Below are positions 1 to 10,000 of a DNA stretch of 64,000 bases, in pieces. Within the stretch, counting starts at the first letter, position 1; the number at the start of each line of letters is the position of its first letter. A program made the translations under genes and the position numbers. Origin of the DNA: Pelagomonas calceolata (Eukaryota); assembly GCA_918797485.1 (NCBI GenBank), contig CAKKNE010000001.1, positions 3,534,001 to 3,598,000 of the forward strand. The letters are read 5' to 3'. Under the pieces are notes generated by a model that had not been told where the DNA came from, did no database searches, and saw nothing but the letters and a program-made list of their open reading frames with translations.

Positions 1-1
1 G

Positions 2-559
2 CGTCTGTCGGACTTTGGCATCAGCAAGGCTCTCACCGACGAGGAGGAGTCGGCGAAGACCATGGTCGGCACGTTTAGGTATATGGCGCCCGAGCGGTTG
101 CGAGGAGACGCCTACAGTTTTGAGTCAGACGTCTGGGCAGCCGGCATGGTGCTCTTGGAATTGCTGCGGGGCGACGCCGTCTTCCCGCCGTCCTGCACGC
201 CGCTCGACTTGAACGGCGCTTGCGAGCGGCTCGCGCGGGATTTTGTGGCGGAGAAGCTCGCGGGCGTCGACGTCTCAACTGATTGTGTCGACTTCGCCGA
301 GGCTTGTTTGCGGCGGCGCGCCGAGGACCGGGCGCTGCCCGATTTATTATTGGGCGGCCCCTGGCTCGCGGGCCTGGACCTCGAGGGCTGTTGTGTGACC
401 CTGGCGCCCTTCCTGGCGAACCTGCGATCGGCAGCGGCGGCGCGGCCGCCGCCCGCGCCGCCCGCGCGGCAGTCTTCCACGTTCGCCGCGGACCTGAGCC
501 TCATCCAGACGCTCGACGCGTCCTCGGACGACGACGACGAGGCGACGGTGGAGGGTTAA
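2..559 (+). CDS. Ser/Thr protein kinase (MAP2K/STE7-like), 5'-truncated by window edge
   Basis: Frame from nt 2 reads RLSDFGISKAL...TMVGTFRYMAPERL...DVWAAG, i.e. kinase subdomains VII-IX. Confidence 0.85.
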   Translation, partial: RLSDFGISKALTDEEESAKTMVGTFRYMAPERLRGDAYSFESDVWAAGMVLLELLRGDAVFPPSCTPLDLNGACERLARDFVAEKLAGVDVSTDCVDFAEACLRRRAEDRALPDLLLGGPWLAGLDLEGCCVTLAPFLANLRSAAAARPPPAPPARQSSTFAADLSLIQTLDASSDDDDEATVEG

Positions 560-686
560 GTTAGTTTAATTTGATAGCGTCCTGTAACACACTAGCGAGC
601 ACGGAGAGCGTCGAGTTTTGCCAGGCATAAAAACTGCGCTGGCGAGCCCATAGATCACTGAGTTCAAAGCAGACACATTACAGACC

Positions 687-1345
687 ATGGGCAACACATT
701 CGCCAGCGCCGAGCTGCCCACGGGACCCGTAGAGTGCAGCTACACGCCGCCACTCAAAGTTAATCCAGCCAACCCCAAGGTCTTTTTCGACATGATGATC
801 GGTAGTGCTCAGATTGGGCGCATAGTCATGGAATTGAAGGCAGATGTAAGCTCAGTGCACAAATCAATCTCGCCGCGATTCTCGCCCACGGCCTGAATCA
901 TGCCCACCACGCCATCGACGCGACGCAGGTAGCGCCGAAGACGGCAGAAAACTTCCGGGCGCTGTGCACCGGCGAGAAGGGCTTCGGCTACAAGGGCTCG
1001 TCGTTCCACCGCGTGATTCCGAAGTTCATGTGCCAGGGCGGTGATTTTACGAATCACAACGGCACGGGAGGCAAGTCTATTTATGGAGCAAAATTTGCCG
1101 ACGAGAACTTTAAACTCCGCCACGACGGCCCCGGCATCCTCTCGATGGCCAACGCGGGCCCGGGCACGAACGGCTCGCAGTTCTTCCTGTGCACGGCGCT
1201 GACGTCGTGGCTGGATGGGAAGCATGTGGTGTTTGGCCAGGTCGTCGAGGGCTACGGCGTCGTCAAGGCGATCGAAAGTGTAGGGTCGTCGTCGGGGAAG
1301 ACTGCGGCAAAAGTCGTCATCGCGGACTGCGGCCAGTGCGAGTAA
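687..1345 (+). CDS. Cyclophilin-type peptidyl-prolyl isomerase; exons 687-845 and 929-1345
   Basis: NPKVFFDM...[50 protein letters not shown]...[15 protein letters not shown]...[10 protein letters not shown]. Removing GT..AG 846-928 joins the two frames. Confidence 0.95.
846..928 (+). mobile_element. Decayed introner-type intron (83 nt)
   Basis: GT...CAG; carries the core motif CACGCCATCGACGCGACG; TIR and TSD degenerate. Confidence 0.7.
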
Positions 1346-1347
1346 TA

Positions 1348-3009
1348 CTAGTTAGACTTAGCGACGGCCTCGAGCTCCGCCAGATCGATGTCCTCCTCAA
1401 AAGGCTGGAGGTAGGGCAGCACCGCCGCGCAGATCGCCGCCGTCCCGCCCGCGTCGTCGGCCTCCATCTGCAAGGACACGACGGGCTCGTGGAGCGACGC
1501 GCGCGCGATGAGCCAGTCGCCGTCGCCCACTGAACAGCGGAGGCCGTCGTGGTTGACCGGCTCCATTCGCCAAGACGCAGTCGCGGTCTCACACGCCTTC
1601 AGCGCGTCGCACAGTTTGATTTCAGCCTCGGGCACCTTCTCCAGACTTGAGACGGGCATCTTGACCTTGATCGACTCCGCCGGCTCCTTTAATGAACCAC
1701 CGAGCAAGTCCAACAACCCACAACTAGGATTCGCAACCCTAGCTTTTGCCAACCTCCCAAGCAGCTTCGCCGCCGTGTAGCAGCCGTCGTCCACAAAATT
1801 ATTCGACCGCCACGCGCTATGTCCACTTGTTTCAATAGCCAACAACGCAGGCTCCGGTTTAGTTTCCGCCGCCCGATCAATCACGTTCCGATAGCCCATC
1901 TTGAACCGATCGTGCGTACCGCCCCGCTCCTCAATGAATTGCGTCATGCCCCCGGAGGTCACAGGATCGGTCACGATGACCCCATTACCATCCTCGAGCG
2001 CCACCTGCGCCGCCAACGCGACCAATCGGTTCCGGTTGACCGGTTCCGGCTTTGGAGTGGTCCCGTCGATCAAGCCGCACCGGTCCACATCACAATCCAG
2101 CATGACGCCGACGTCCGCGCCCGATGCCGCCACGGCGTCGATCGTCGCCTGAACATGCTTCTTGTCCTCGGGGTTCGCCGGGTGGTTCGGGAAGGCGCCG
2201 TCCGGCTCCAAATTGATAGAAGACGACACGTCGGCGCCGAGCGGCGCTAATACACTAGTAGCGAAGAAGCCGCCCGCGCCGTTGCCCGGGTTGACGCAGA
2301 CCTTCAGTCCTTTCAACGGTGTTGTCGAGATCCCCGACGTTTCGATGATGGTTTGTCGCAGCTTCTCGACGTAGTCGTCCATGAAACCGGCCTCAGCACC
2401 TGTGTGGAAATCGAAATTTCACGCCATCGACGCGACGCCTGCTCGATGCCGGTTCCGCACCCGACGCACTGGTTGATTTCCACACAGCTCGGCACTCGCG
2501 ATGTCACCCTCAACAGGCTGCATCATGTCCGCGAGGTCCGCCGCCAGGCCCAGGACCTCCTTCACTTCTTTCTTGTTCAATCCGCGCTGCTCCTTGGCCG
2601 AGAAGAGCTTGAGCCCGTTCCACTCTTTCGGGAGGTGCGAGGCGGTGACCATGCACGCGCCGCAGGCCTTGGAGCCGCCCCGTAGCAAACTCTCGAGCAT
2701 GGCCGGCGTCGTGGCCGGGCCCGCATCTAAAGCAGACGCGCCGCGGCAGAACGCCTCACCGATTTCATCGGACGACGCGCGCGGGTCCCTCCCCACAAAA
2801 ATGGGCGTCTGCTCGTCGCCGAGCCACGCGCGGAACCCCAATCCCACAAAATACGCGCTCTCCGGTAGCAACGCGTTCTCCGCTTCGGGGGAGGTGATGC
2901 CGCGGACGTCGTCGCCGCTCGTCTTCGCGAGGGTCCTCAAGGCTTGCGCCGGCGGTGCTAGACTTTGAGTTGTGTGGAGCAGCAGTGCTGCCAGCAAGAT
3001 GCGCATCAT
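1348..3009 (-). CDS. Phosphomannomutase/phosphoglucomutase family protein with N-terminal signal peptide; intron 2400-2495
   Basis: SGDDVRG, VGRDPR, TASHLP (phospho-Ser loop), DCDVDR (metal loop), ETSGH. Spliced junction reads DIASAEAGFMDDY. Confidence 0.9.
2400..2495 (-). mobile_element. Introner intron: element 2400-2487 plus intronic TSD copy 2488-2495
   Basis: TIR CTGTGTGGAAATC...GATTTCCACACAG; TSD ctcagcac (2392-2399) vs ctcggcac (2488-2495), 7/8 match. Confidence 0.92.
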
Positions 3010-3070
3010 GGTGCAATGCTGTCGGCAGCGTCGGCAGCGTGCACGTGTGCAAAGTTGATTGCTCCTTGGT

Positions 3071-3203
3071 GTTGGTGTGTGCAAAATAGAGCTGTCTTCA
3101 CCAATGCAGTCCAGTTGGATGCGAGAGGCGTCAGCAGCTGGGACTACTTCCACGCGTTGGTGTATGCAAAGAGAGCTGCCTTCACCAATGCTCTCCGGTT
3201 GAT
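3071..3203. repeat. Imperfect ~50-bp direct repeat (3071-3120 and 3156-3203) in a divergent intergenic region
   Basis: gttggtgtgtgcaaaatagagctgtcttcaccaatgcagtccagttg vs gttggtgtatgcaaagagagctgccttcaccaatgctctccggttg. Confidence 0.85.
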
Positions 3204-3289
3204 TTCAGCCGTCAGCATAATCAGCTAGCATAAAGCCACTTAAAAACAATTAAAATGGCCTGGGGCAGCCTCTGAGCCAAGCGTGCACG

Positions 3290-3409
3290 ATGCCACTCAC
3301 AACATACATCTGGGGCTGCATCTTCTACATGCTCGGCAGCATATGCTTCGTGATCGGCACCGGCTTCTACCTCGCCGATGGCATAAGATTGGCCCAACAA
3401 GCAAAATGA
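3290..3409 (+). CDS. 39-aa hydrophobic small ORF / uORF
   Basis: MPLTTYIWGCIFYMLGSICFVIGTGFYLADGIRLAQQAK*, one TM-like segment; TGA 3407-3409 overlaps ATG 3406-3408. Confidence 0.45.
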   Translation: MPLTTYIWGCIFYMLGSICFVIGTGFYLADGIRLAQQAK

Positions 3410-4998
3410 GGGCATTCCTGCTCCTAGCCTGCGCAAATGCACAAGTTCATTTCACCTGCGACGTCGCGAAGGACGTCGCGAAATACCAACAACTCCAGAA
3501 TTTAAAGTTACTCTTCGACGGGAGAAGGGTCGGCAACGCGACGCTCGGGCCGCTGATGCGCAAGACGGGCTCGACGACGATGCAGCGCTTCGCCGGGCCA
3601 ACTGCAAAGCGCGTCCGGCGCCCCGCGGATTACTTGGGTTCTAATATAGTGGCGTCCGTGCGGGACCCGATCGAGCGCTTCGCGAGCGGCTACCGCCAGG
3701 TCGAGACGTTTTATGAATTGGGCTGGGTCCCGAAGCACTTTTTTAAGGGGCAATGCGTCCTCAAATGGACGCGCGACGACTGCGCGGGCAACCCGCAGAT
3801 GAAATCGGGATATGTCCTCGCGAAGCGCAAAGTGCCCGCCGCGGCGGCCGCGCGGCGCCGGACGCGGCAGATCCGGCGGCTCCTGCGCTTCGTTTCTGAC
3901 GTCGAGCGGTGCGGCTTCTTTGATGATCACCTGTACCCCATGGCGCCCTACTTCGCGGCGCTCGCGCGGGCGGGCGTGTCCATGGACAGCGTATCATTGG
4001 TGAAGACGGACGAGCTGGACGCGAAGCTGCCTTCCGTATTAGGAAAACCGATGCGCGTGGGCACGGCGATGGCGACGGCCGGCCGGGGCTGGGCGCGGAC
4101 GCTCGTACAGGCGGCGACGGATTCTGCGGATCCGGACTGGGCGCTCGCGCGCGCGGCCGTGCGGCGCATCTGCCGCCTGGTCGCCGTCGACTACGCCTGC
4201 TTCTCCTTCGAGCCCCCGGACCTGTGCCGCGTCGCGCTCGGCAAAGCGGTGGTGCCGGAGCCGTACCCACCACCAATCTCCACGACGAGGCCGGCGCTCC
4301 CCGTCGCCGCGCTTCAGAAACACGCCTGCGTTTCAAATGTTGAGGACCCCATTAAGCGCTTACTACGAGCTCATCAGACGTACGACGCCCAGTACCTCCT
4401 CGGCTGGCGCGACGCCGACGTCGACACCCTGGACCTGCGCTTCCCCGAGCGGCACTGCTTCGTGTGGCACCAAATTGATGATCATGCTCGTCACGAGGCC
4501 ACCGACGTGCACGACTTCGGCCTCGAGCACAAGCTCGCGCGGCTGGCGGCCTTTGTTGATGATATTGCTGCGAGGGGCTTCTTCGACGAGAGCCTCAGGC
4601 CGCAGACCGAACACAGGAAAGAAGCATCGCCGGCGGCGTGCTTCGACAAGGTCCGGGCCTTCTGTAAACAAAGGCGCGTGCCCGTCGACGGCGGCCGGAA
4701 GAATTTGCCGGAGACCGGCGGCGTCCAGTGCGCGCGCGAGTACGTGCGGTTCAACAGGGCGCTCGGGCCCTGCTCCCTGCACACGCTCCACGACTTCATC
4801 TACGCGCACGGCGCCCGGCCGCGCGCGGAGCCGTGGGCCGTGGCGCGCGCGGAGCTCGTCGGGGCGGCGGCGAGCCTCCCCGTCGCGCGGCGCATCCTCG
4901 CGACGGCGTGCGCCCTCTACGAGGCGGACTTCGCGTGCTACTACGGCGCGCGCGGGTCGTGCGCGGCGCTCGTGCGGCGGGCGATTTCTTCTGGTTAA
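3406..4998 (+). CDS. Secreted/Golgi sulfotransferase-like protein (Sulfotransfer_2-like) with a degenerate second domain copy
   Basis: Signal MRAFLLLACANA; RKTGSTT (5'-PSB-like) and SVRDPIERFASGY (3'-PB-like); second copy NVEDPIKRL...GFFDESLRPQ...LYEADFACY. Confidence 0.7.
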   Translation: MRAFLLLACANAQVHFTCDVAKDVAKYQQLQNLKLLFDGRRVGNATLGPLMRKTGSTTMQRFAGPTAKRVRRPADYLGSNIVASVRDPIERFASGYRQVETFYELGWVPKHFFKGQCVLKWTRDDCAGNPQMKSGYVLAKRKVPAAAAARRRTRQIRRLLRFVSDVERCGFFDDHLYPMAPYFAALARAGVSMDSVSLVKTDELDAKLPSVLGKPMRVGTAMATAGRGWARTLVQAATDSADPDWALARAAVRRICRLVAVDYACFSFEPPDLCRVALGKAVVPEPYPPPISTTRPALPVAALQKHACVSNVEDPIKRLLRAHQTYDAQYLLGWRDADVDTLDLRFPERHCFVWHQIDDHARHEATDVHDFGLEHKLARLAAFVDDIAARGFFDESLRPQTEHRKEASPAACFDKVRAFCKQRRVPVDGGRKNLPETGGVQCAREYVRFNRALGPCSLHTLHDFIYAHGARPRAEPWAVARAELVGAAASLPVARRILATACALYEADFACYYGARGSCAALVRRAISSG

Positions 4999-5013
4999 CC
5001 TTGTTGTCTCTCA

Positions 5014-5838
5014 TTACGGATATTTTACATTTTTGCCAAGGGCGCGCCTCAGCGCTTGCGGCGAGCACGTGGGGTCGAGGAACGAGGCGGCGTCGCGGGC
5101 GCGCATCGCCTCCGCGAAGGCGTCGTCGATCGCGGGGAACGGCGCCGCCGCGCGAGCAGCTTCTCGCGCAGCCCTGCGCCGCGCCGGGGCAGAGGTCGGC
5201 CGGCGCGGCGCCGGGTCGTGGAGGCGCGGCGACCGCGGCGCGGCGCGCCCGCCCGGCACGGCCTCCCAGCCCGCCATGATCTCCGCGTGGAGCTGGTCGA
5301 CGCTCTTCTTTTTGATGCGAGGGGGCTTCGGGGGCGGCTTGTCCACGGCCTTGGCGCGCGCCCGCCGCTTGTTGCAGTAGTCCCGCTTGAATTGGAGGTG
5401 CTTGTCGATCCACGGGTTGAGCGTCGGCACGGCCTGGGCCTTCCGCTGGTAGTGCGCCTCGAGCCCCGCCTGCCAGCCGTGCAGCGCGATGGCCGACATG
5501 CCCGTCTTCATGGTGCGCGGTACATGGGTATCCGTCGCGTCGCGGATCTGCCGCTGTTTGTCGTAGTAGTCCATGACCCGGTACTGGTGCTTCGACAGGT
5601 GGGTTTCCTCGTGCATGCGCGTGACCGCCTCCCTTATTAATTTATGGTGCTTGTCCATGACGACGCGCGTGAACTGGCGCTGCTGGTACGTCGAGTTCAG
5701 GCGGTCCGAGTAGTGGATGGCCTCGTCGCCCTTGTACGGTTTCGGGCCCTTGTGGGGCCGCGGCAGCTCCTCGACCTGGGGCCAGGGCTTCCTCCTACAA
5801 GTCCAGCGGAAGTCGCGCGAGGGGCGGGCGGTCGTCAT
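5014..5838 (-). CDS. Hypothetical protein (274 aa)
   Basis: ATG-initiated ORF with GC3-rich codons and protein-like composition; no family recognised. Confidence 0.65.
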   Translation of the reverse strand: MTTARPSRDFRWTCRRKPWPQVEELPRPHKGPKPYKGDEAIHYSDRLNSTYQQRQFTRVVMDKHHKLIREAVTRMHEETHLSKHQYRVMDYYDKQRQIRDATDTHVPRTMKTGMSAIALHGWQAGLEAHYQRKAQAVPTLNPWIDKHLQFKRDYCNKRRARAKAVDKPPPKPPRIKKKSVDQLHAEIMAGWEAVPGGRAAPRSPRLHDPAPRRPTSAPARRRAAREAARAAAPFPAIDDAFAEAMRARDAASFLDPTCSPQALRRALGKNVKYP

Positions 5839-6240
5839 GATGGCTGCCCCGGGCGGTGTCGTATATGTGCGTTGTACGTGCTGCTGGCCGTGTCACACGA
5901 CAGCGCCCGTTCGCTGCCCCTTGCCGCGGCGATGCGTAATGCGTTGCGTTTGTGCTGGCCTGAGTCGTGCCCCCCGTGCGCTTGCCTCTGGGCCGCGCGA
6001 GAGAGTGATTGTCTCGGAGAGCGCCGCTGTGCAAGGAGTCGTTACGGAGACACGACACAGAGGACGCGTCCATGGGGCTGCCTGAGTTCGTGGAGGCCTT
6101 CCCTCGACGGCACGGACGTGTAGCCACATGATTACTAGCTCAAAGACATACTAGTCAAAGCGCCGGCGTCCTCGATTTTGAGTCGAGACCCTCGGCCCAC
6201 ACCACTCCTCGGCTATAATCAGTCGTCGCTAGGCTCTCAA

Positions 6241-6746
6241 ATGGCCACTGAGAGGGCAGCAAAGCGGCCTCGGCTCCGTGGCGGCATGCAGGTGACCAGC
6301 AGCGTAGCGAGTCAAGCGCCAAATCGCAGCGCGCGCGTCGTGGCAAGAGCTGTAGGACAGCGCGCAGACCTGCAGCTTAACCGTGCATCGAGCGCACGAC
6401 GCGCAAACGCGTGAGAACGCGCGCGTGAGAGAGACGCGGTACGCGCACCGCCTCGCCGTCTCACGCCGCCGCGCGCCGCCTCGCCGCCTCACGCCGCCCG
6501 CGCGCGCAGATCTTCATCAAGACGCTGACGGGCCGCAAGCAGGCCATGACCTTCGAGCCCACCGACGAGGTGTTGCAGATCAAGCGGCAGCTCCAGGAAA
6601 AGGAAGGCATCCAGGTCGACCAGATCCGCCTGATCTACTCGGGCAAGCAGCTCGCGGACGACAAGCCGCTCGAGTTCTACAACATCCAGGCCGGCGGCAC
6701 GATCCACATGGTGCTCCAGCTGCGCGGCGGCGGCGGCGCGCCGTGA
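6241..6746 (+). CDS. Ubiquitin-like (NEDD8/RUB-like) precursor; exons 6241-6291 and 6510-6746
   Basis: Spliced: [65 protein letters not shown]...[14 protein letters not shown]; intron GT..AG 6292-6509. Confidence 0.85.
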
Positions 6747-7066
6747 GCTTTCGCGCGCTCCGTTCTGTAGTAACACGTGTATCCTTATTATCCATGGTGC
6801 GGACCTCGAGTCGCTTGGGGTACTACCCCTCCTCCGCCCGCGTCGGCTCGTTCGTGCGGGGCAAAAAACCTGGGTGTTTTGAAAACGAGGTGCCGAATTG
6901 CCGATAATATACGCATAAATACGGCTGCCGTCGCCGCATTTATACATCGGCAGCGTGCCTACATCGTATTGCGCGGCGCGGGGCAGCACGGCTCCCCGAG
7001 GCGCCGGGATTCATACATTAAGGCAGCAACCAGCGGTCACACAGAGCAGGCGCCGCACAAAAAAAA

Positions 7067-10000
7067 ATGCCCCTTGTCGACGTGAACCAGAAGCCGGCGC
7101 GGAGCCGCAAGCCCGCGCCCAGGTCCCCCGCCGCCGCGTCCTTGCAGCCCCTGGTCGACGTCTTCAATCGGTTGGGTGCCCTTGGTTCGTGGGACGGCGT
7201 CGGGCGGAAGGGCGACGTTGCTCGGGGCTTGGACCCCCAATTGAAGAAGATCGTGCTGACGCTCGGTGGTTCTACGGCTCGCAGTACACTCATACTCCCG
7301 AAGAAGGGCGAGCTCGGACTGAAAGCTAGATTTGTCTACGTCCAGTATGCAAGGGCATCACCGTCCAAACCCTGCTCCATCGAAATCGAACTCACCAGAA
7401 GAAAAACGCAGGACTCGTGTCGGGTCTCATTGAGTTCCAACACCCCGCAAGACACGTACAAGGTCGCGGGAGGCGCGTTAAGGGCCCCGCTCGCGGAGCA
7501 TTCCCGATGGACGACGTCGGTCGTCGACCTCCAGGGCTGCTGCGACTTGTTCCACAAGACGGATAATCAGAGTCCCATCACGGTCCGCAAAATTACGATC
7601 GGAGGCGACGTGAAAGTAAAGGGTGTCTGGACGTCGCAGAAGGAGTTCACAGAAGTAGATTGCCCCGTGGACATGCGTTTAAAAACAAGGACGCCCGTCG
7701 AGTTTCTGAGGTTCCCGGAGAAGGACGAAGGTGACGAGGAGCCTATTGTCGTCGAAGAGCCGACGCCGAAGCGCGCGCCCCCGCCCTACGCCCCGAAGGT
7801 CCTCAGGAACGCTTCGGTGCGCGCGTCATTACAGTGCCGCCTCGGCTACGCTCGAGCCGTGGCCTGGGCCTCGCCCACGAGGTGCGTCTACGCTTCCGGA
7901 AGGTCCCTGGCCTCCGTCGACGCTTCGTCAGGAAATCCCATCTCCAAGCCTCTCCAATTAAATGAGTTGTGTACGGCGAGGTGCCACACCGAGGCGATTA
8001 CATTAGTCGCTGCCTCCAATAACATCCTGGCGACGGCGCAATCAAAAGATGAAAAATGTAGGGTGGCCCTCTGGAAGCCGGGACCGCGGGAGGACGAGTA
8101 CATCACGGACTTCGCGCCGCACGCTAGAGCTGTCACTTGTCTGGCCTTCTCGCACGACGGCGGGCGGTTGTGTTCGGTGGGTCTGGACGCGCAGGCTCGA
8201 GCTCAATTGGTGATTTTCGACGTCGCGAAGCTCATACAAAAAAAGAGACGTAAGGACGTCAGTACGGCGATTATCGCGAGGCAGCTCTCGGACTTTGACG
8301 TTTCAGCGATAGCATGGAGCCCCTACGAGTCGGACCGATTGGTGAGCTGCGGAAGGGAAAATGTCAGGTTCTGGCGGTTACGACACGGCCACCTGCCGGG
8401 CTGCCCCGCTTTACTCCATGAATACGCTAGAGATGCCAAGTTCACGGCGTTGTGCTTCGAGCCGGTCTACGGCGCGCGCGACGGCCAGGACGTCGCCGAA
8501 GCTTTAGCTACAAAGTCCGAACGGGGCGACAAAGTCGTCTTCGTGGCGGCGGCGTCGGGCCACGTCTTACAAGTGTCCTATGCTCAACGAAGTCTGTTGT
8601 GTGTTCTGAAGCTCCATGACGGTCCCATACGTGGAGTAGCTGCCACACCCGGTTATGTGGTAACAGCAGCGGACGATGGGTATGTGCGACTGTGGCCGCC
8701 GGGCTTCGCGGACTTCCTCATGGAGGCCAAACATGATGCTCCAGTTGTGTCCATTTCTGTCGCGCCGGATGGATTGAGGGTGGCCTGCGGGACGTCTAGA
8801 GGCGCTCTCGGTGTCTTAGACGTGGCGTCCCACAAGTACGGTACTCTCGTGAGAGCCCACACGGGCGCTATCCTAGACATCGCTTGTACGTCCGGCAAAT
8901 TTGCCACGTGTGGTGCTGATGCTACTGTAAGGGTGTGGGACGAGACAACAGGATTACAAAGGTCCGAGCTGGCCTCCCCTGATGATAGAGCTTTAGTATT
9001 GGCCTGGCGACCGGAGTCTGACGACGTGGCCGTGGGCTTTGCTTCCGGATCGGTAAGAGTGTTCGATCTGGACAAGACCGAAACGTTATTCGACATGCGC
9101 CAGCACAAAGCCGCCGTTTCATCACTACAGTTTCGGTCGAAGCGCCACTTGTACTCCGCTTCTAGAGATGGTCATTTATGTCTGTACGACGCGCAGCAAA
9201 ACTTTTCAGTTGTGGCCGTGGTTCATGTGGATGCGAACCTGCCGCAGCACGCCTGGGGCCCGTCTGGCGGAGACGAGCATCTAACTCTGGCGACGTCACC
9301 GGAACATTCCGTGGTAGCATGCGTCACGAGTCGCGCGCCGGATCGAGTCTGTCTCTTCGACGCCGCATCTCTCAGAAAGTCACCACTCACACTAGATGTG
9401 AAAGAGGCAGCAAGGTGGCCCCTCAAGCCCCTGGTGGATCTGTACTGGCAGAATATGACCCTCCACGCGGTCGAGGAGGACGGCTCCGTTTGTAGGTGTG
9501 ATCTGTCCAAGGCCTCACTAGGATTGAAGGGCATCTCGGGGGACCAGCCGGCCGGTAAGTCGTCGTCGGGCAAGGCGACGGTATCGGATGTTGTTTTACA
9601 ACGCGTCTACGCGGCCCGAACCGTATATGACGCGTCCGAGCCGCTCGTGCCGGGTCGCAAAGTGTCCCAGGTATCTCATACAGGTGAAGTGCTCTGCGGG
9701 TTGGATGCCAAGGACGACCGCATCGTCCACTTGCGCGCGATTCAGAAGGGCGCCTGCGCCGATCTCACGTGTCGCCTCGACGACCATGCATCCTCGATCA
9801 GACGGTGCGCGTTTACACCCTCAGATAGGTTAGTGACCTGCGACGCGACGGGGAATTTACGCGTGTGGCACTGGGAGCGGCGGGGCGAAGTCCTACCTTC
9901 ACCGAAATCTTCTCCAATGGCTCTCGGGACGGACGACGCGTTCTGCAAGGACCAGACGCAGCTCGGCTGGGACGACATGGGGGACCCCGCCGTCTCCGCT

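Noticed and set aside
2400..2495. Frameshifted or split pseudogenes (PMM, cyclophilin, PrmA, ABCG, EF-hand, C2 genes)
   Set aside because: Each break is resolved by a GT-AG intron that restores conserved sequence.
3406..4998. Nucleosome-scale periodicity of AT-rich versus CG-rich patches in coding DNA
   Set aside because: Patchiness is visible but a period cannot be established by eye; it needs CG-dinucleotide autocorrelation.
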